From IMG/VR virus record IMGVR_UViG_3300043447_000415, positions 1-64,000 of that record: DNA of 64,000 nucleotides. One strand, given 5' to 3'. The position numbers and the translations under genes are program-made. The notes under the pieces are model-generated. The model did not search any database and had not been told where the DNA came from. It saw only the letters and a list, made by a program, of their open reading frames with translations. The stretch is from a virus (taxonomy: Duplodnaviria > Caudoviricetes). Positions 8,709-17,615 of this stretch are shown here, one piece after another (within the stretch, counting starts at the first letter, position 1; the number at the start of each line of letters is the position of its first letter).

Positions 8709-9889
8709 GCGCCGAAGACGCGTTGAGCCAGACCGTCAACCACTTCGCGATCCACTTTGGACAGCTTGTTGGTGAACGACAGCGTGATGCCCTTGCGGAA
8801 CGAGGCACGCATCACACCGATCTTGGCTGCGTAGATCAGAGTACGAGGCGAAATCACATCGCTGATCTTGGCGCCGTCGTAGGCTTCGCGCACCACGGTC
8901 GCGAAGTCCACCAGCTTGTCGGCGTCTTCTTTGGTGAGGCCCACTTGGTTCTGAAGAATCTGGCTCTCGGCTTGCTTCTTCATGTACTTCTTGTGGATCA
9001 CCATGCCGAAGCGATCGTAGTTGGCGCTGTTCTGCAAGTTGGTGCCCTGATACAGGCCCGTCTCGTCACCACTGCCGTTGGTGTTGCCGGTGGCAGCGAA
9101 GCGAAAGTTCGGGTGCGGCTTGATGAGTCGGTTCTCGGCGTCCGCCTCCTTAATCATCAGTGACTTACCTTCGAGGACAGCCTGATAGACCGACAGCACC
9201 GAAGGCAGCGCGAAGTCGTATTCGTCGGCGACGTACATCCAACCGTTCATCATGGCCATCGGCAATGGGCCCAGCTCGAACTTCGTCTCGCCGCCCTTGA
9301 CGGTCCACTGTCCGACGATGTGCGACTCTTCCGTGTTGACCGTGTGCTGGACGCGAATCATCGGGTGATTGGTACGAGCGGCGATCTGCTCGAAGAGCTC
9401 CGTCTTGCCAGCGCCCTTGTGACCCCAGACGTAGCACGGAATCTTCATTTCGATGGCGAGCACCACGTCCTTGAGTTCGTCGATGTCGTACACGTAGTTG
9501 TCCGAAGGTGTCGGCACATACTCGTCAAAGCCGTGGTTGGCCATCGTCGAGATTGGGATTGGCTCGCCACGCGAGTTGAGCGCGGACTTCACGCGGCCCA
9601 GGTTGAAGATTTCGTTGAAGGGCTTCTTGATGACGCCGTTCTTGGGAATGAGAGCGCTCACGCTGGCGGGCTGCTCGGTGGCCATATCGACCTTCGTCTC
9701 GGCGGGCTCGACCTTCGCGGCCTGGCGCTCGGCGATCTTGCGCTTGGCCATGTCGGACAGCAGCGGCGCATCGGGGTACTTCGCGCTGTACTCCTCCACG
9801 GTCATGTTGGGGTGGCTGTCACGCAGGTGCAGTTGGATTGCGTGAACTTGGGCTCCGCATTCGGAGCAGGTGATTTTGGCGTCAGACAT
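8705..9889 (-). CDS. CobS/MoxR-like AAA+ ATPase with N-terminal C2H2 zinc finger
   Basis: CSEC...HLRDSH; Walker A GHKGAGKT; Walker B YVADEYD; TGNTNG; NYDRF; RBS GGAG before MSDAK. Confidence 0.88.
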   Translation of the reverse strand: MSDAKITCSECGAQVHAIQLHLRDSHPNMTVEEYSAKYPDAPLLSDMAKRKIAERQAAKVEPAETKVDMATEQPASVSALIPKNGVIKKPFNEIFNLGRVKSALNSRGEPIPISTMANHGFDEYVPTPSDNYVYDIDELKDVVLAIEMKIPCYVWGHKGAGKTELFEQIAARTNHPMIRVQHTVNTEESHIVGQWTVKGGETKFELGPLPMAMMNGWMYVADEYDFALPSVLSVYQAVLEGKSLMIKEADAENRLIKPHPNFRFAATGNTNGSGDETGLYQGTNLQNSANYDRFGMVIHKKYMKKQAESQILQNQVGLTKEDADKLVDFATVVREAYDGAKISDVISPRTLIYAAKIGVMRASFRKGITLSFTNKLSKVDREVVDGLAQRVFGA

Positions 9890-9945
9890 GAGACTCTCCA
9901 GATAGTGTTGAAAATTCAACGGGTTAAAAAAATTGCGATGTATGA

Positions 9946-9988
9946 ATCATAAGGTGCGATCTCAGGAGAGACAAGTCACGGGTGACTT
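9946..9988 (-). promoter_or_regulatory. Promoter TTGTCT-N17-TATGAT with perfect operator 9973-9988
   Basis: -10 at 9946-9951, -35 at 9969-9974, AAGTCA CGGG TGACTT. Confidence 0.7.
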
Positions 9989-10006
9989 TGCCTCTCATGT
10001 TCCCAA

Positions 10007-12151
10007 TCACACCATCAGCAGGTGGCGCAGTTCCTTGATGACGACCGCAGGCAGGTCTTCGACCTTCTGGATCACCAAGCTCTTGGGGTAGAACTTGTTG
10101 ACGGCGTCCGATTGGATGCCGATGCCCACGACGCGAACGCCAGAGGCCGACACGTCCTTGACGACTCGCTTGAGGTGCGACTCCAGGTCGCCACGATGGC
10201 CAGCGGCAGCGGGGTAGCCGTCCGAGAGCACGAGCATGACCTTGCTTGCCTCGCGTCGAGCGATGAGGCGGCGCGCGGCAGCTTCGACCGACTCACCGTC
10301 CACGTTCGAGCGGAGGATGTTGGTGTTGGGCAGCCAACCGAAGCGCTCCTTCACGTTGACCGTCATGCGCTCCTCGTAGCCCTTGAGGATGGGCATGTAG
10401 ATGCCCTCGATGCGCGAGAAGCGGATGCCAGTCTTGCTGGTGGTTTCCTGAAGCTCCTTCATTGCGCTACTACCGATCTCCTTCGTCGTGAAGCCGATCA
10501 CCTCATTCTTGATGTTCAGGCGATCGAGCACCGAAGCCAGCGCGTATGCAGCCTGCGCGGCAGTGTGAATCTTCGATCCGTTCATCGAGCCCGAGCAGTC
10601 AACGACCAACTCGACCGCCACGTCCTTGCTGGTGGACTCGTGCTTGCGGCTGAAGACCCGGTCATCGTTGAAGCGCAGGCGAGACAGGTTCGCGGCGTGC
10701 AACTTGCCCGAGCGGTGGCCATGAGAGCGTGTTGCCAGCGATCGTGCGGCGATGGCGCGCTCCAGGTCTTTCTGAAGGGGTGCGACCATGTGATCGACCT
10801 TGTCCATCAGGCTCTTGGTCATCGAGGGGCTGTATGCGCTGCCGATTGGCAGCTTCTCGACCACGTCGAAGTCCTTCGTGAAGGGCATGTAGTCGGCGTT
10901 CTGAGCGGACTTGAGCGCGGTCTCCGACAAGGCTCGAGACATCGACTCGTCGTAGCCATTCTTGCCGTCCTTGTCGAGTTCGGCCCAGATCGGTGCGGAG
11001 TCGCCGAGCTCCTCGCTGTCGTCGCCGTCACTCTCGCCCATCGTGCCTTCGGTCATCGTCGAGGCGGCGTCGTCAGTCTCAGCCTCCTCGTCGGCTTCCT
11101 TGATGTCGGTCTCGTCCTCGTCGTCTTCTTCGGGCTCGTCTTCCGGCTCGGACTCAGACTCAGGTTCAGACTCCGGCTCGGACTCAGGTTCGGCTTCTGA
11201 CTTCTCGCCCTCGCCCTCCTCCTTCTCGTCTTCAGGTTCGGGCTTTTCTTCGGTCTTCTTCTCGTCCTTGCCCTTGCCGCCGGCGCTCTCGTCTTCACCC
11301 TTCTCGTCTTCACCCTTCTCGCCAGCGCCTTCACCTGTTTCTTCTTCTTCATCCTTGTCTTCGGGCGGGGTGGCGGGCGGTGTCTTGCCCTTCGACTTCT
11401 CAGGCTTGCCCTTCGACTTGGACTTGCTCGACTTGCCTGAAGCGCTGCTGGTGCCGCCCTCGCCTTCACCCTCGTCATCGCTCTTGTCGGGCTTGCCCTT
11501 GCCCTTGCTGCCTTCGCTCAGACGCTTGCCGATTTCGATGGCGAGCTTCAGACAGTCTTCGGTCGAGGCGGCGTCTTCGATCTCAGGCTGCAAGTCTTTG
11601 ATGCGCTCATACACGACATCCATCTTGGTCCAGTGATCCTTCATGAACTCCTTGAAGATTTGCTGGCCCGACATGGCGCGAATCATCGGCACCATCAAAG
11701 TCTGAATGACGCCATTTGCATCACCAGCGGCGGCTTTTTCTTTCAGTCGCGGCATGACGAACTTGTCGAGGTAGAACTTGCCTGTGACCGACAGGTTGTA
11801 ACCAGAGCCTTGAAAGCGCTTTGCCATCTCTTTCTCGATGCGAGGGTCTTCAAGCGCATTGAGCATGAAGCCGATCTGGCGACCGTGAGCGTTCGCTTTG
11901 GCCATCAGCGGAAAGTTGGTGAACAGGATGTGTGCGACCTCGTGGTCGAGGAAGCCTTGAATCGCATTGCACAGCTCCTCGGTTGCGTTGTCGGGCAGGT
12001 AAGGCAGGTTGACCACGACCGGGGTGCCCAGGTGGTCTGCCTTGACGTATGCGTTCACGCCTTGTTGCGTGACCTTGATGCCCTTGCCCGAGAGCATCTG
12101 GGTGATCTTCACGACTGACTCGCGAAGGATGAAGACTCGATCATTTCTCAT
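10007..12151 (-). CDS. CobT-like von Willebrand A domain protein
   Basis: DHEVAH zincin-like motif, long acidic linker, MIDAS motif VVDCSGS, VLSDGYP. Confidence 0.88.
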   Translation of the reverse strand: MRNDRVFILRESVVKITQMLSGKGIKVTQQGVNAYVKADHLGTPVVVNLPYLPDNATEELCNAIQGFLDHEVAHILFTNFPLMAKANAHGRQIGFMLNALEDPRIEKEMAKRFQGSGYNLSVTGKFYLDKFVMPRLKEKAAAGDANGVIQTLMVPMIRAMSGQQIFKEFMKDHWTKMDVVYERIKDLQPEIEDAASTEDCLKLAIEIGKRLSEGSKGKGKPDKSDDEGEGEGGTSSASGKSSKSKSKGKPEKSKGKTPPATPPEDKDEEEETGEGAGEKGEDEKGEDESAGGKGKDEKKTEEKPEPEDEKEEGEGEKSEAEPESEPESEPESESEPEDEPEEDDEDETDIKEADEEAETDDAASTMTEGTMGESDGDDSEELGDSAPIWAELDKDGKNGYDESMSRALSETALKSAQNADYMPFTKDFDVVEKLPIGSAYSPSMTKSLMDKVDHMVAPLQKDLERAIAARSLATRSHGHRSGKLHAANLSRLRFNDDRVFSRKHESTSKDVAVELVVDCSGSMNGSKIHTAAQAAYALASVLDRLNIKNEVIGFTTKEIGSSAMKELQETTSKTGIRFSRIEGIYMPILKGYEERMTVNVKERFGWLPNTNILRSNVDGESVEAAARRLIARREASKVMLVLSDGYPAAAGHRGDLESHLKRVVKDVSASGVRVVGIGIQSDAVNKFYPKSLVIQKVEDLPAVVIKELRHLLMV

Positions 12152-12163
12152 TGGTTTCTCCGT

Positions 12164-12215
12164 ATGTCATGAGTGACTGATAACGCATTGTCACCGTTGA
12201 ATCTAGGGAGAACAA
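12164..12215 (-). promoter_or_regulatory. Promoter TTGTTC-N17-GACAAT with operator 12164-12179 near the start site
   Basis: Read directly upstream of the CobT-like gene. Confidence 0.45.
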
Positions 12216-12232
12216 TGCTTTGAGCAGGGAAG

Positions 12233-12257
12233 ATGAAAGGGCGACCGAAGTCGCCCT
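12233..12257 (-). terminator. Intrinsic terminator
   Basis: AGGGCGAC-TTCG-GTCGCCCT then TTC. Confidence 0.7.
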
Positions 12258-12262
12258 GGGGT

Positions 12263-12448
12263 CTACATGGAGATGCGAGCCGCTCTGCCGCAGGCGGTGC
12301 TGACGAGGATCAGCTTGCCCAGGTGGACGTGCTCACCCACATGTAGTATCGTTGATCCAAGGTCAATTGAAGTGCTGACTGCCAAACTCTCAAGGAGTCG
12401 GCATAGTTCTGAGACGTGAATTTCGATCGCTTCTTTAAACTCGGGCAT
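12263..12448 (-). CDS. Small hypothetical protein
   Basis: AGGA upstream, strong terminator right after stop; no recognisable motif. Confidence 0.4.
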   Translation of the reverse strand: MPEFKEAIEIHVSELCRLLESLAVSTSIDLGSTILHVGEHVHLGKLILVSTACGRAARISM

Positions 12449-12466
12449 AAGCGCCGTCCTTATAAA

Positions 12467-13087
12467 TTATCGCTTTGTGTTTTGTCTATATAGTTTAGTC
12501 ACCAGTAAGTAAATCCTTCTTGTGGAACTTGACCTCCGTTCGGGCTTTGCCCGCAGCAGGATGTTGCTCACTCGGGTGAGCATGTAGTGGGCACCCCGAT
12601 CCTCGACCTTCTGGAAAATCGACCGCACCTCGTCGGCCGAGAGCTCCGTGATGCGCCTGGCGCCGTGCGTGGCCAGGATGTTGGCTTTGGCGGCGGTGTT
12701 GTAGTCGTCGTAGTGCCGCGAGCTCCACTCGTGCCGGTTGTGCTCGAGCCATTCAGTGATGACTTCACTCACCGACTTGGCCGCCTTGTTTGCGCCACGG
12801 GCCTGGCGCCGTAGCTCCACGGGGTCAGTGCCCAGTTGCACCGCTTCCCTAGCTTGCTCAGCCAGGGTCCGTGCCGTACTCAGCTTGACCTGCGGGTAGG
12901 TGCCCATCGAGAACGTCTTCCGTACCCCGAGCAGGACATAGTCGAGCTGCCAGGACATGCCGCCCGTGCGCCGGACGACGAGGTAGAGCCCTGAGCCGTC
13001 GCTGATCTTGGTGACGGAATTCTCGGACTCGCGAGCCTCCCTGATGCGCTTCTCGAGCTCCTTCTGGGACAACTCATGCAGTGCCAC
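12467..13087 (-). pseudogene. Truncated P4-type tyrosine integrase (arm-binding and core-binding domains only)
   Basis: DGSGLYLVVRRTGGMSWQLDY...KTFSMGTYPQVKLSTAR arm-binding domain plus SAM-like domain; similarity stops near LLRA (~12550) and no catalytic R-H-R-Y domain follows. Confidence 0.85.
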
Positions 13088-13241
13088 GGCCGATCTCCGG
13101 GTCGTTGTGGTAACGGCGGTGGGTGCGTTGTCGCCTCAGTGGTAACGACTTGCCGCCCAGTGCCCGTTTTTGGACGTTACCACAGGCTCTACTGGCCGAA
13201 TTCGTGGACGCAGGCGGTCGTCGGTGGACGACGCTGGAATG

Positions 13242-13276
13242 AAAAAAGCCCCAAGTGGTTGATTTCTTGGGGCTTT
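13242..13276 (-). terminator. Intrinsic terminator downstream of the tRNA fragment
   Basis: AAAGCCCCAAG-N10-CTTGGGGCTTT then TTT. Confidence 0.75.
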
Positions 13277-13319
13277 CTGGTTGACCGTGGAGGTCAGCGG
13301 ACTGTTGTGGAAATGCAAC

Positions 13320-13340
13320 TGGCGGAGAGGGTGGGATTCG
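13320..13340 (-). tRNA. 3' fragment of tRNA-Ser (att core, not a full tRNA)
   Basis: Minus strand CGAATCCCACCCTCTCCGCCA = T-arm 3' side, acceptor strand, G discriminator, CCA; 5' half of tRNA absent. Confidence 0.8.
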
Positions 13341-13403
13341 TACCGCTAGTATCCATGCGGTTCTTCGGGCACGTTCCCGTTCTCTACCACTTTGGTTGCC
13401 ACG

Positions 13404-14045
13404 TCAGTTTGTGGCCAGGCATTCGACCGCCACACGGCCGATCTGCTCAAGGACGCTGTCGATATTGGACTCGTCGAACGAGTGAAGCCAGAGGTCGCAC
13501 AGCGGCCCCACATCCTCACCCCACCAGCACTCGTCCTTGAGCATGACCCCCAGGCGGCCGGCGTAACTGGCCTGAACCTTCCTGATGTTGCCGTCGCTTG
13601 CGCCGGTCTCGACGGCCTTCTTCAGGTCGTCCATGTACCGAGCCAGGAAGCGCTCGCCGATCACGCCACCAGGGTTGTCGATGAAGACGGTGAAGTAGTT
13701 CCAGCCACGACCCGTGCAGTAGGCTCGAATCTGCTTCAGACCTTCGGGCTCGACAATGACGACGATGGGCTTGTTCTGGGCCGCCACACGCTCGACTTCC
13801 TGAACCGACACGCCGTAGTGCTTGCCGTTGAAGTGGACACTCTCCACCAGCAGGCCAGAGCTGTCCAGGCGCTTGAACTCTTCCTCGCTCACGAAGTAGT
13901 AGCTCACGCCATCGACTTCGCCGGCTCGTGGAGCTCGAGTGGTTGTGGAGATCACATTGACAAAGCCGGCGTTCTTCAGCCGGCTCTCGAGGGTGGTCTT
14001 GCCCGCACAGGATGGACCTGTGAGGGTGACGATGAATGGGGTCAT
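13404..14045 (-). CDS. Guanylate kinase-like NMP kinase
   Basis: GPSCAGKTT P-loop; ISTTTRAPRAGEVDGVSYYFVS; start at MTPFIV. Confidence 0.88.
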   Translation of the reverse strand: MTPFIVTLTGPSCAGKTTLESRLKNAGFVNVISTTTRAPRAGEVDGVSYYFVSEEEFKRLDSSGLLVESVHFNGKHYGVSVQEVERVAAQNKPIVVIVEPEGLKQIRAYCTGRGWNYFTVFIDNPGGVIGERFLARYMDDLKKAVETGASDGNIRKVQASYAGRLGVMLKDECWWGEDVGPLCDLWLHSFDESNIDSVLEQIGRVAVECLATN

Positions 14046-14494
14046 GATGTTGTCCTTTCTACATAGCGCACTCGGGAGGTGTTGATCCGGATGCCGTCGG
14101 GGCTGTTCGGGGTGATGGAGTTCTGCGTGCCGAGGTAGGTCGAAAGCTCCCAACCCTCCTCGTGAAAGCGTCCTTCGGGGTCGTTTTCGAGGAGGGCTTT
14201 GATGCCCGCCCTGTCGTAGCTTCTGAGGTCGTGCTTGGCCAGGTACTCGTCCGTCAGCACGAACGTGACGGGTTGGCTCTCGCGCACCTTGCCGACGTTG
14301 TCCAAGCCGCGAACGGTCAGCCGCGCCTCAACCTCGGAGAGGCCCGTGAGAGCCTCTGCAAAGTTGGCCAGGGGCACCTCGATGGTCACGAAGTCGATGC
14401 GGCTGGTGGCGTCGCGAACCTTGATGCTGATGCAGGGGTTCTCGTCGCTTCGCCCGCCATTCGGCCGACTGATGGTCAGGTTGCCTTTAAGCAC
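14042..14494 (-). CDS. Hypothetical protein
   Basis: GTG start, overlaps neighbours at both ends. Confidence 0.65.
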   Translation of the reverse strand: MLKGNLTISRPNGGRSDENPCISIKVRDATSRIDFVTIEVPLANFAEALTGLSEVEARLTVRGLDNVGKVRESQPVTFVLTDEYLAKHDLRSYDRAGIKALLENDPEGRFHEEGWELSTYLGTQNSITPNSPDGIRINTSRVRYVERTTS

Positions 14495-14675
14495 TTGGGG
14501 GCTCCTTCGGCTCCAGCTTTCGAGTCAGCAACTGCAAGATGTCCGTCATCGTGAACAGCGGAACTTCCTGGCCGTTGCGATCAACCATCTGGACAAGCCC
14601 ACCCACTCCCGTTGGGAACACATGGGTGGTCCAGGGAAAGGTGGCTTGAATCTGCTTGAACTGTTCGTCAGTCAT
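14487..14675 (-). CDS. Small hypothetical protein
   Basis: ATG three bases after ligase TAA. Confidence 0.65.
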   Translation of the reverse strand: MTDEQFKQIQATFPWTTHVFPTGVGGLVQMVDRNGQEVPLFTMTDILQLLTRKLEPKEPPSA

Positions 14676-14678
14676 GAC

Positions 14679-16037
14679 TTATGCCTTGTCGTCGCGGAAT
14701 CGCTTGAAGCGTGGGTGACGCAGAGAGCCGTCAGGGGTGATCTCGTGGAACTCGACTTCAATGACGCGTCCAATCAGCGCTTCGCGGTCTTCCCAGAAGC
14801 TCTGACGTTGGCTGTCGCTGAGACCGCTTCCGACGTTCACGCGCACCGCATCAGGGTGGTCATGGTTTGCCCCATGTGCTCCGTTCTCGTGGCAAGTCTT
14901 GTCGAAGGCGACGATGATCGCGCCCAACATGCCCTCGTACTTGCCGGTGCCCTCCTCGAAGCCCACGATCGGCACGTCGGTCGATTCTTCGGCCTTGATC
15001 TTCATCCAGGCGTGGTTGCGGCGGCGGTAGTACGGCGCGTCGTCCTTGATGATGAGTCCTTCCAGACCTCGTGCCTGCACCGACTCGTAGAGGGCGTCAA
15101 TTTCGGCTTCGGAGCTCACCAAGTACCGAGGCAGCAGGTGAACGGGGCCCGACTTGCCGGTGGGCAGCAACTCGTTGAGCACTTGGCGACGTTCGGTGTA
15201 CGTGTGCTTGCTCGGCACCTTGTCGTCCTTACTGAAGAGCGACATGGGCAGGATGTCGAACACGTTGAAGATCGCGTCCGTAGCCTGGGCATCCTTGCGT
15301 CGAACTTCCGAAACGGTCTTGTTGAAGCTGCCAGAGACGATTTCCCCGTCGAATACCACGGCGAAGTCTTCGCAGTCCACGCGATCCGAGAAGTACTCGG
15401 CATCGTAGTCGTCGCCCAATCCACACAGATCGGCACGGAAGTCGTCGATCAGCCTCAGCAGCGGCCCCTTCAGGTGGTCAAAGGTCGTGAACTCCTTGCC
15501 CGAGCGGGAGAAGAAGTGAACTGAGGGCTTGGTGATGTCCACGAACGCAAGCACCCGCACGCCATCGAGCTTGGGCTCGGCAACGACTGGCCATTTCTTG
15601 ACTCGATGCGCCTCGAACTTGTGAGCCAACATACAGTCGAAGGTGGGCACCGTGCCTGGGATGGCCTTGTTGACGGTGGACTCCGAGAAGCCCGCCCGCA
15701 GGTCTTTGCTGACGATGCGCCAGAGCAGTTCGGCCGACTTGGTGGTCAGACGAGTCAGCTCCGATACCAGCGACTCGCGAGCCGCATTGCCTGTCAGGGT
15801 GCGAGTCTCCAGATTTGTCAGAAGCACCCATGTCTGAGTGTCAAACACGCCATCGAGATTGGTCAGCACTTCGGGCCGTTTGGCGATGCCGTAGGTCTTG
15901 AAAGGGTTGAGCGCCGCCTCGAGCACCGCAAGAAACTTGCCGTTGGCGCCGTGCTTGGCGACGAGCGCTTCCTTGCCGGTCTTGCTGGAGGTTGAGGCGA
16001 TCTCCTCGATCGCGTCGAAGATTGCATCCGAGTTCAC
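14679..16037 (-). CDS. ATP-dependent DNA ligase
   Basis: EPKLDGVR (motif I), VFDGEI, FNVFDIL, EGLIIK, WMKIK, LRHPRF; GTG start overlapping upstream TGA. Confidence 0.95.
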   Translation of the reverse strand: MNSDAIFDAIEEIASTSSKTGKEALVAKHGANGKFLAVLEAALNPFKTYGIAKRPEVLTNLDGVFDTQTWVLLTNLETRTLTGNAARESLVSELTRLTTKSAELLWRIVSKDLRAGFSESTVNKAIPGTVPTFDCMLAHKFEAHRVKKWPVVAEPKLDGVRVLAFVDITKPSVHFFSRSGKEFTTFDHLKGPLLRLIDDFRADLCGLGDDYDAEYFSDRVDCEDFAVVFDGEIVSGSFNKTVSEVRRKDAQATDAIFNVFDILPMSLFSKDDKVPSKHTYTERRQVLNELLPTGKSGPVHLLPRYLVSSEAEIDALYESVQARGLEGLIIKDDAPYYRRRNHAWMKIKAEESTDVPIVGFEEGTGKYEGMLGAIIVAFDKTCHENGAHGANHDHPDAVRVNVGSGLSDSQRQSFWEDREALIGRVIEVEFHEITPDGSLRHPRFKRFRDDKA

Positions 16038-16336
16038 TTGGAAGCCTCTGCAATCTCCTTGACCATGCGGTCGTAGGCGATAGTGATGAAGTCGTCCATC
16101 GTGTCGATCGCTTCCTTGCAGGTGGTAGCAACCTGTTCTTTGGGCAGACCGTTTGATGCGACTAAAGCCGCCACGAAGGTGACGTAGGAGGCGCACAGAG
16201 CGCTGGCCAGGGCCGGTGCGGGGACGCCCGCATTGTTGATGGCGCGCTGGGCGTCCAGCAGAATCGGCATCGCGTGGTCGAAGCCGTTGTGCATTTCGTT
16301 CATGAGGCGCTGTTCGTCGGTGATTTCATTGGTCAT
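16034..16336 (-). CDS. Hypothetical protein
   Basis: Helical ORF with AGGAG RBS, packed in operon. Confidence 0.7.
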   Translation of the reverse strand: MTNEITDEQRLMNEMHNGFDHAMPILLDAQRAINNAGVPAPALASALCASYVTFVAALVASNGLPKEQVATTCKEAIDTMDDFITIAYDRMVKEIAEASK

Positions 16337-16339
16337 TGG

Positions 16340-16942
16340 TTACTCCTTGTTCAAGCCCATCTGAAGACGCGCCTTCTCGATCATCGAGAGGCCACTGTTG
16401 ACTGGCGAAGGCGATGGGCTGGCAACCTTCGGTTCTGGTGTTGGGGTGGGCTGGGCCGCTTCTTTGATCGCGGCGTTGATCGCGGCCGCATAGCCGTCGG
16501 TTTCCGCCGGAACCATCAGGCGATGGTCAGACTTGGCTGGCGGCGTGACGGTGGGCTTCGATGCGGGATTCGGTTTCGATGCAGGCGACACGGTCTTGGT
16601 GGGTGCAAACCGAGCGCTCACGCCGGCAAACGCTTTGTCCATCTCCTCACGCAGCAGTGCGCGGTCGATGAAGTACAGCGCCTTGCCGGCGGCCTGCTCT
16701 TCGGCTCGCATGGTGAGCGCGGGGCAGACCTTGCCCGAGATGGCACGCTCACACTCGGGGTACGAGGTCAGCGCCCGATCGCGCTCGAATGCCTTGATCT
16801 TGTTCAGGCACACGCAATAGCCAGGGGTGTGCCCCACGACCTTACAGCCCTTGACGGTGTACGAGTTGACGCCGCCAGCAGAATGCTCGGGCGGGTACGT
16901 GGGTTGGCGGTCGCGAACCGCAGCTTCGATAGTGTCGAACAT
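16340..16942 (-). CDS. Hypothetical Cys-containing protein with Pro/Ala-rich C-terminus
   Basis: C...GYCVC...C...C pattern; AGGAG before MFDTIE. Confidence 0.7.
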   Translation of the reverse strand: MFDTIEAAVRDRQPTYPPEHSAGGVNSYTVKGCKVVGHTPGYCVCLNKIKAFERDRALTSYPECERAISGKVCPALTMRAEEQAAGKALYFIDRALLREEMDKAFAGVSARFAPTKTVSPASKPNPASKPTVTPPAKSDHRLMVPAETDGYAAAINAAIKEAAQPTPTPEPKVASPSPSPVNSGLSMIEKARLQMGLNKE

Positions 16943-17050
16943 GGAAACTCCTGTATTGACCCAGAACGGGTGTTGCTCAGTGCTGACTGATAGTGTAGTG
17001 CGATTTCTTCGGGGTATCGCGCACATTCAGCGATTGCCGGTCAGATGTCC

Positions 17051-17557
17051 TCACCAGCTACCCCACGAGTCGCCGCGCTCAGGCTCCGGTGGTGGCTCCT
17101 CGCTCACGATGCTGTCGGCTTCGTCTACCCAGATGCCCGTTGCCTCCAGACCTCTGATCTTTTCTTCGCCCACCGGGGTCATGAACTCCCGAAGAATGGC
17201 AACCGTGTTGTCGCGGCCGTAGTGATCGAGCAGGAGACTCTTCAAGTTCTCATTGGTGATCGCGCCGCCGTAGCCGTGAAGCCCGACTGCATACGTCCGC
17301 TTGGCGTAGCCTCGCCCTTCTTTCTGTCGAATGACGGTTTCTGCCGCCTGGCCAGCCTTGCGAGCCGCCCCGAACATCTGGACTTGAATTTCTCCACCCT
17401 TGCTCAGTGCGGAGGTCTTGCCCCATCGCTTGATGAGCAGGTGCTGCTTGATGTCAGGAGCGTGAAGCTGCACGACTTCATAAAACTTGCTTCCACCCTC
17501 GTGCATCATCAGGGTGGTTTCGTGTACTACGGAAATTGTCATATTGATCCTCGACAT
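17051..17557 (-). CDS. WGR-domain protein
   Basis: SKFYEV...LIKRWGKT...QKEGRGY matches the WGR pattern. Confidence 0.7.
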   Translation of the reverse strand: MSRINMTISVVHETTLMMHEGGSKFYEVVQLHAPDIKQHLLIKRWGKTSALSKGGEIQVQMFGAARKAGQAAETVIRQKEGRGYAKRTYAVGLHGYGGAITNENLKSLLLDHYGRDNTVAILREFMTPVGEEKIRGLEATGIWVDEADSIVSEEPPPEPERGDSWGSW

Positions 17558-17615
17558 AACGTCTTCTGATGCAAATTGTACGAACCAAAACGCGGGGTAA
17601 ACGCGTGCCTATGCA

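Larger units (their letters stand above)
13106..13402. other. attP-like site: tRNA-Ser 3' core flanked by arm-type repeats
   Basis: Core 13320-13340; GTGGTAACG at 13107-13115 and 13139-13147, inverted copy at 13175-13183; related CTACCAC 13384-13390 and GTTGCCAC 13395-13402 on the other side. Confidence 0.7.

Noticed and set aside
10960-11500. Acidic low-complexity tract as a mobile or tandem repeat
   Set aside because: In-frame Glu/Asp/Pro linker of the CobT-like protein (EPESEPES), common in this family
8705-12151. Cobalamin biosynthesis (cobS/cobT)
   Set aside because: No cobN or other cob genes; a generic AAA+/vWA pair is the simpler reading
13320-13400. Complete tRNA gene
   Set aside because: Only the 3' 21-25 nt match; D-arm and anticodon arm are absent
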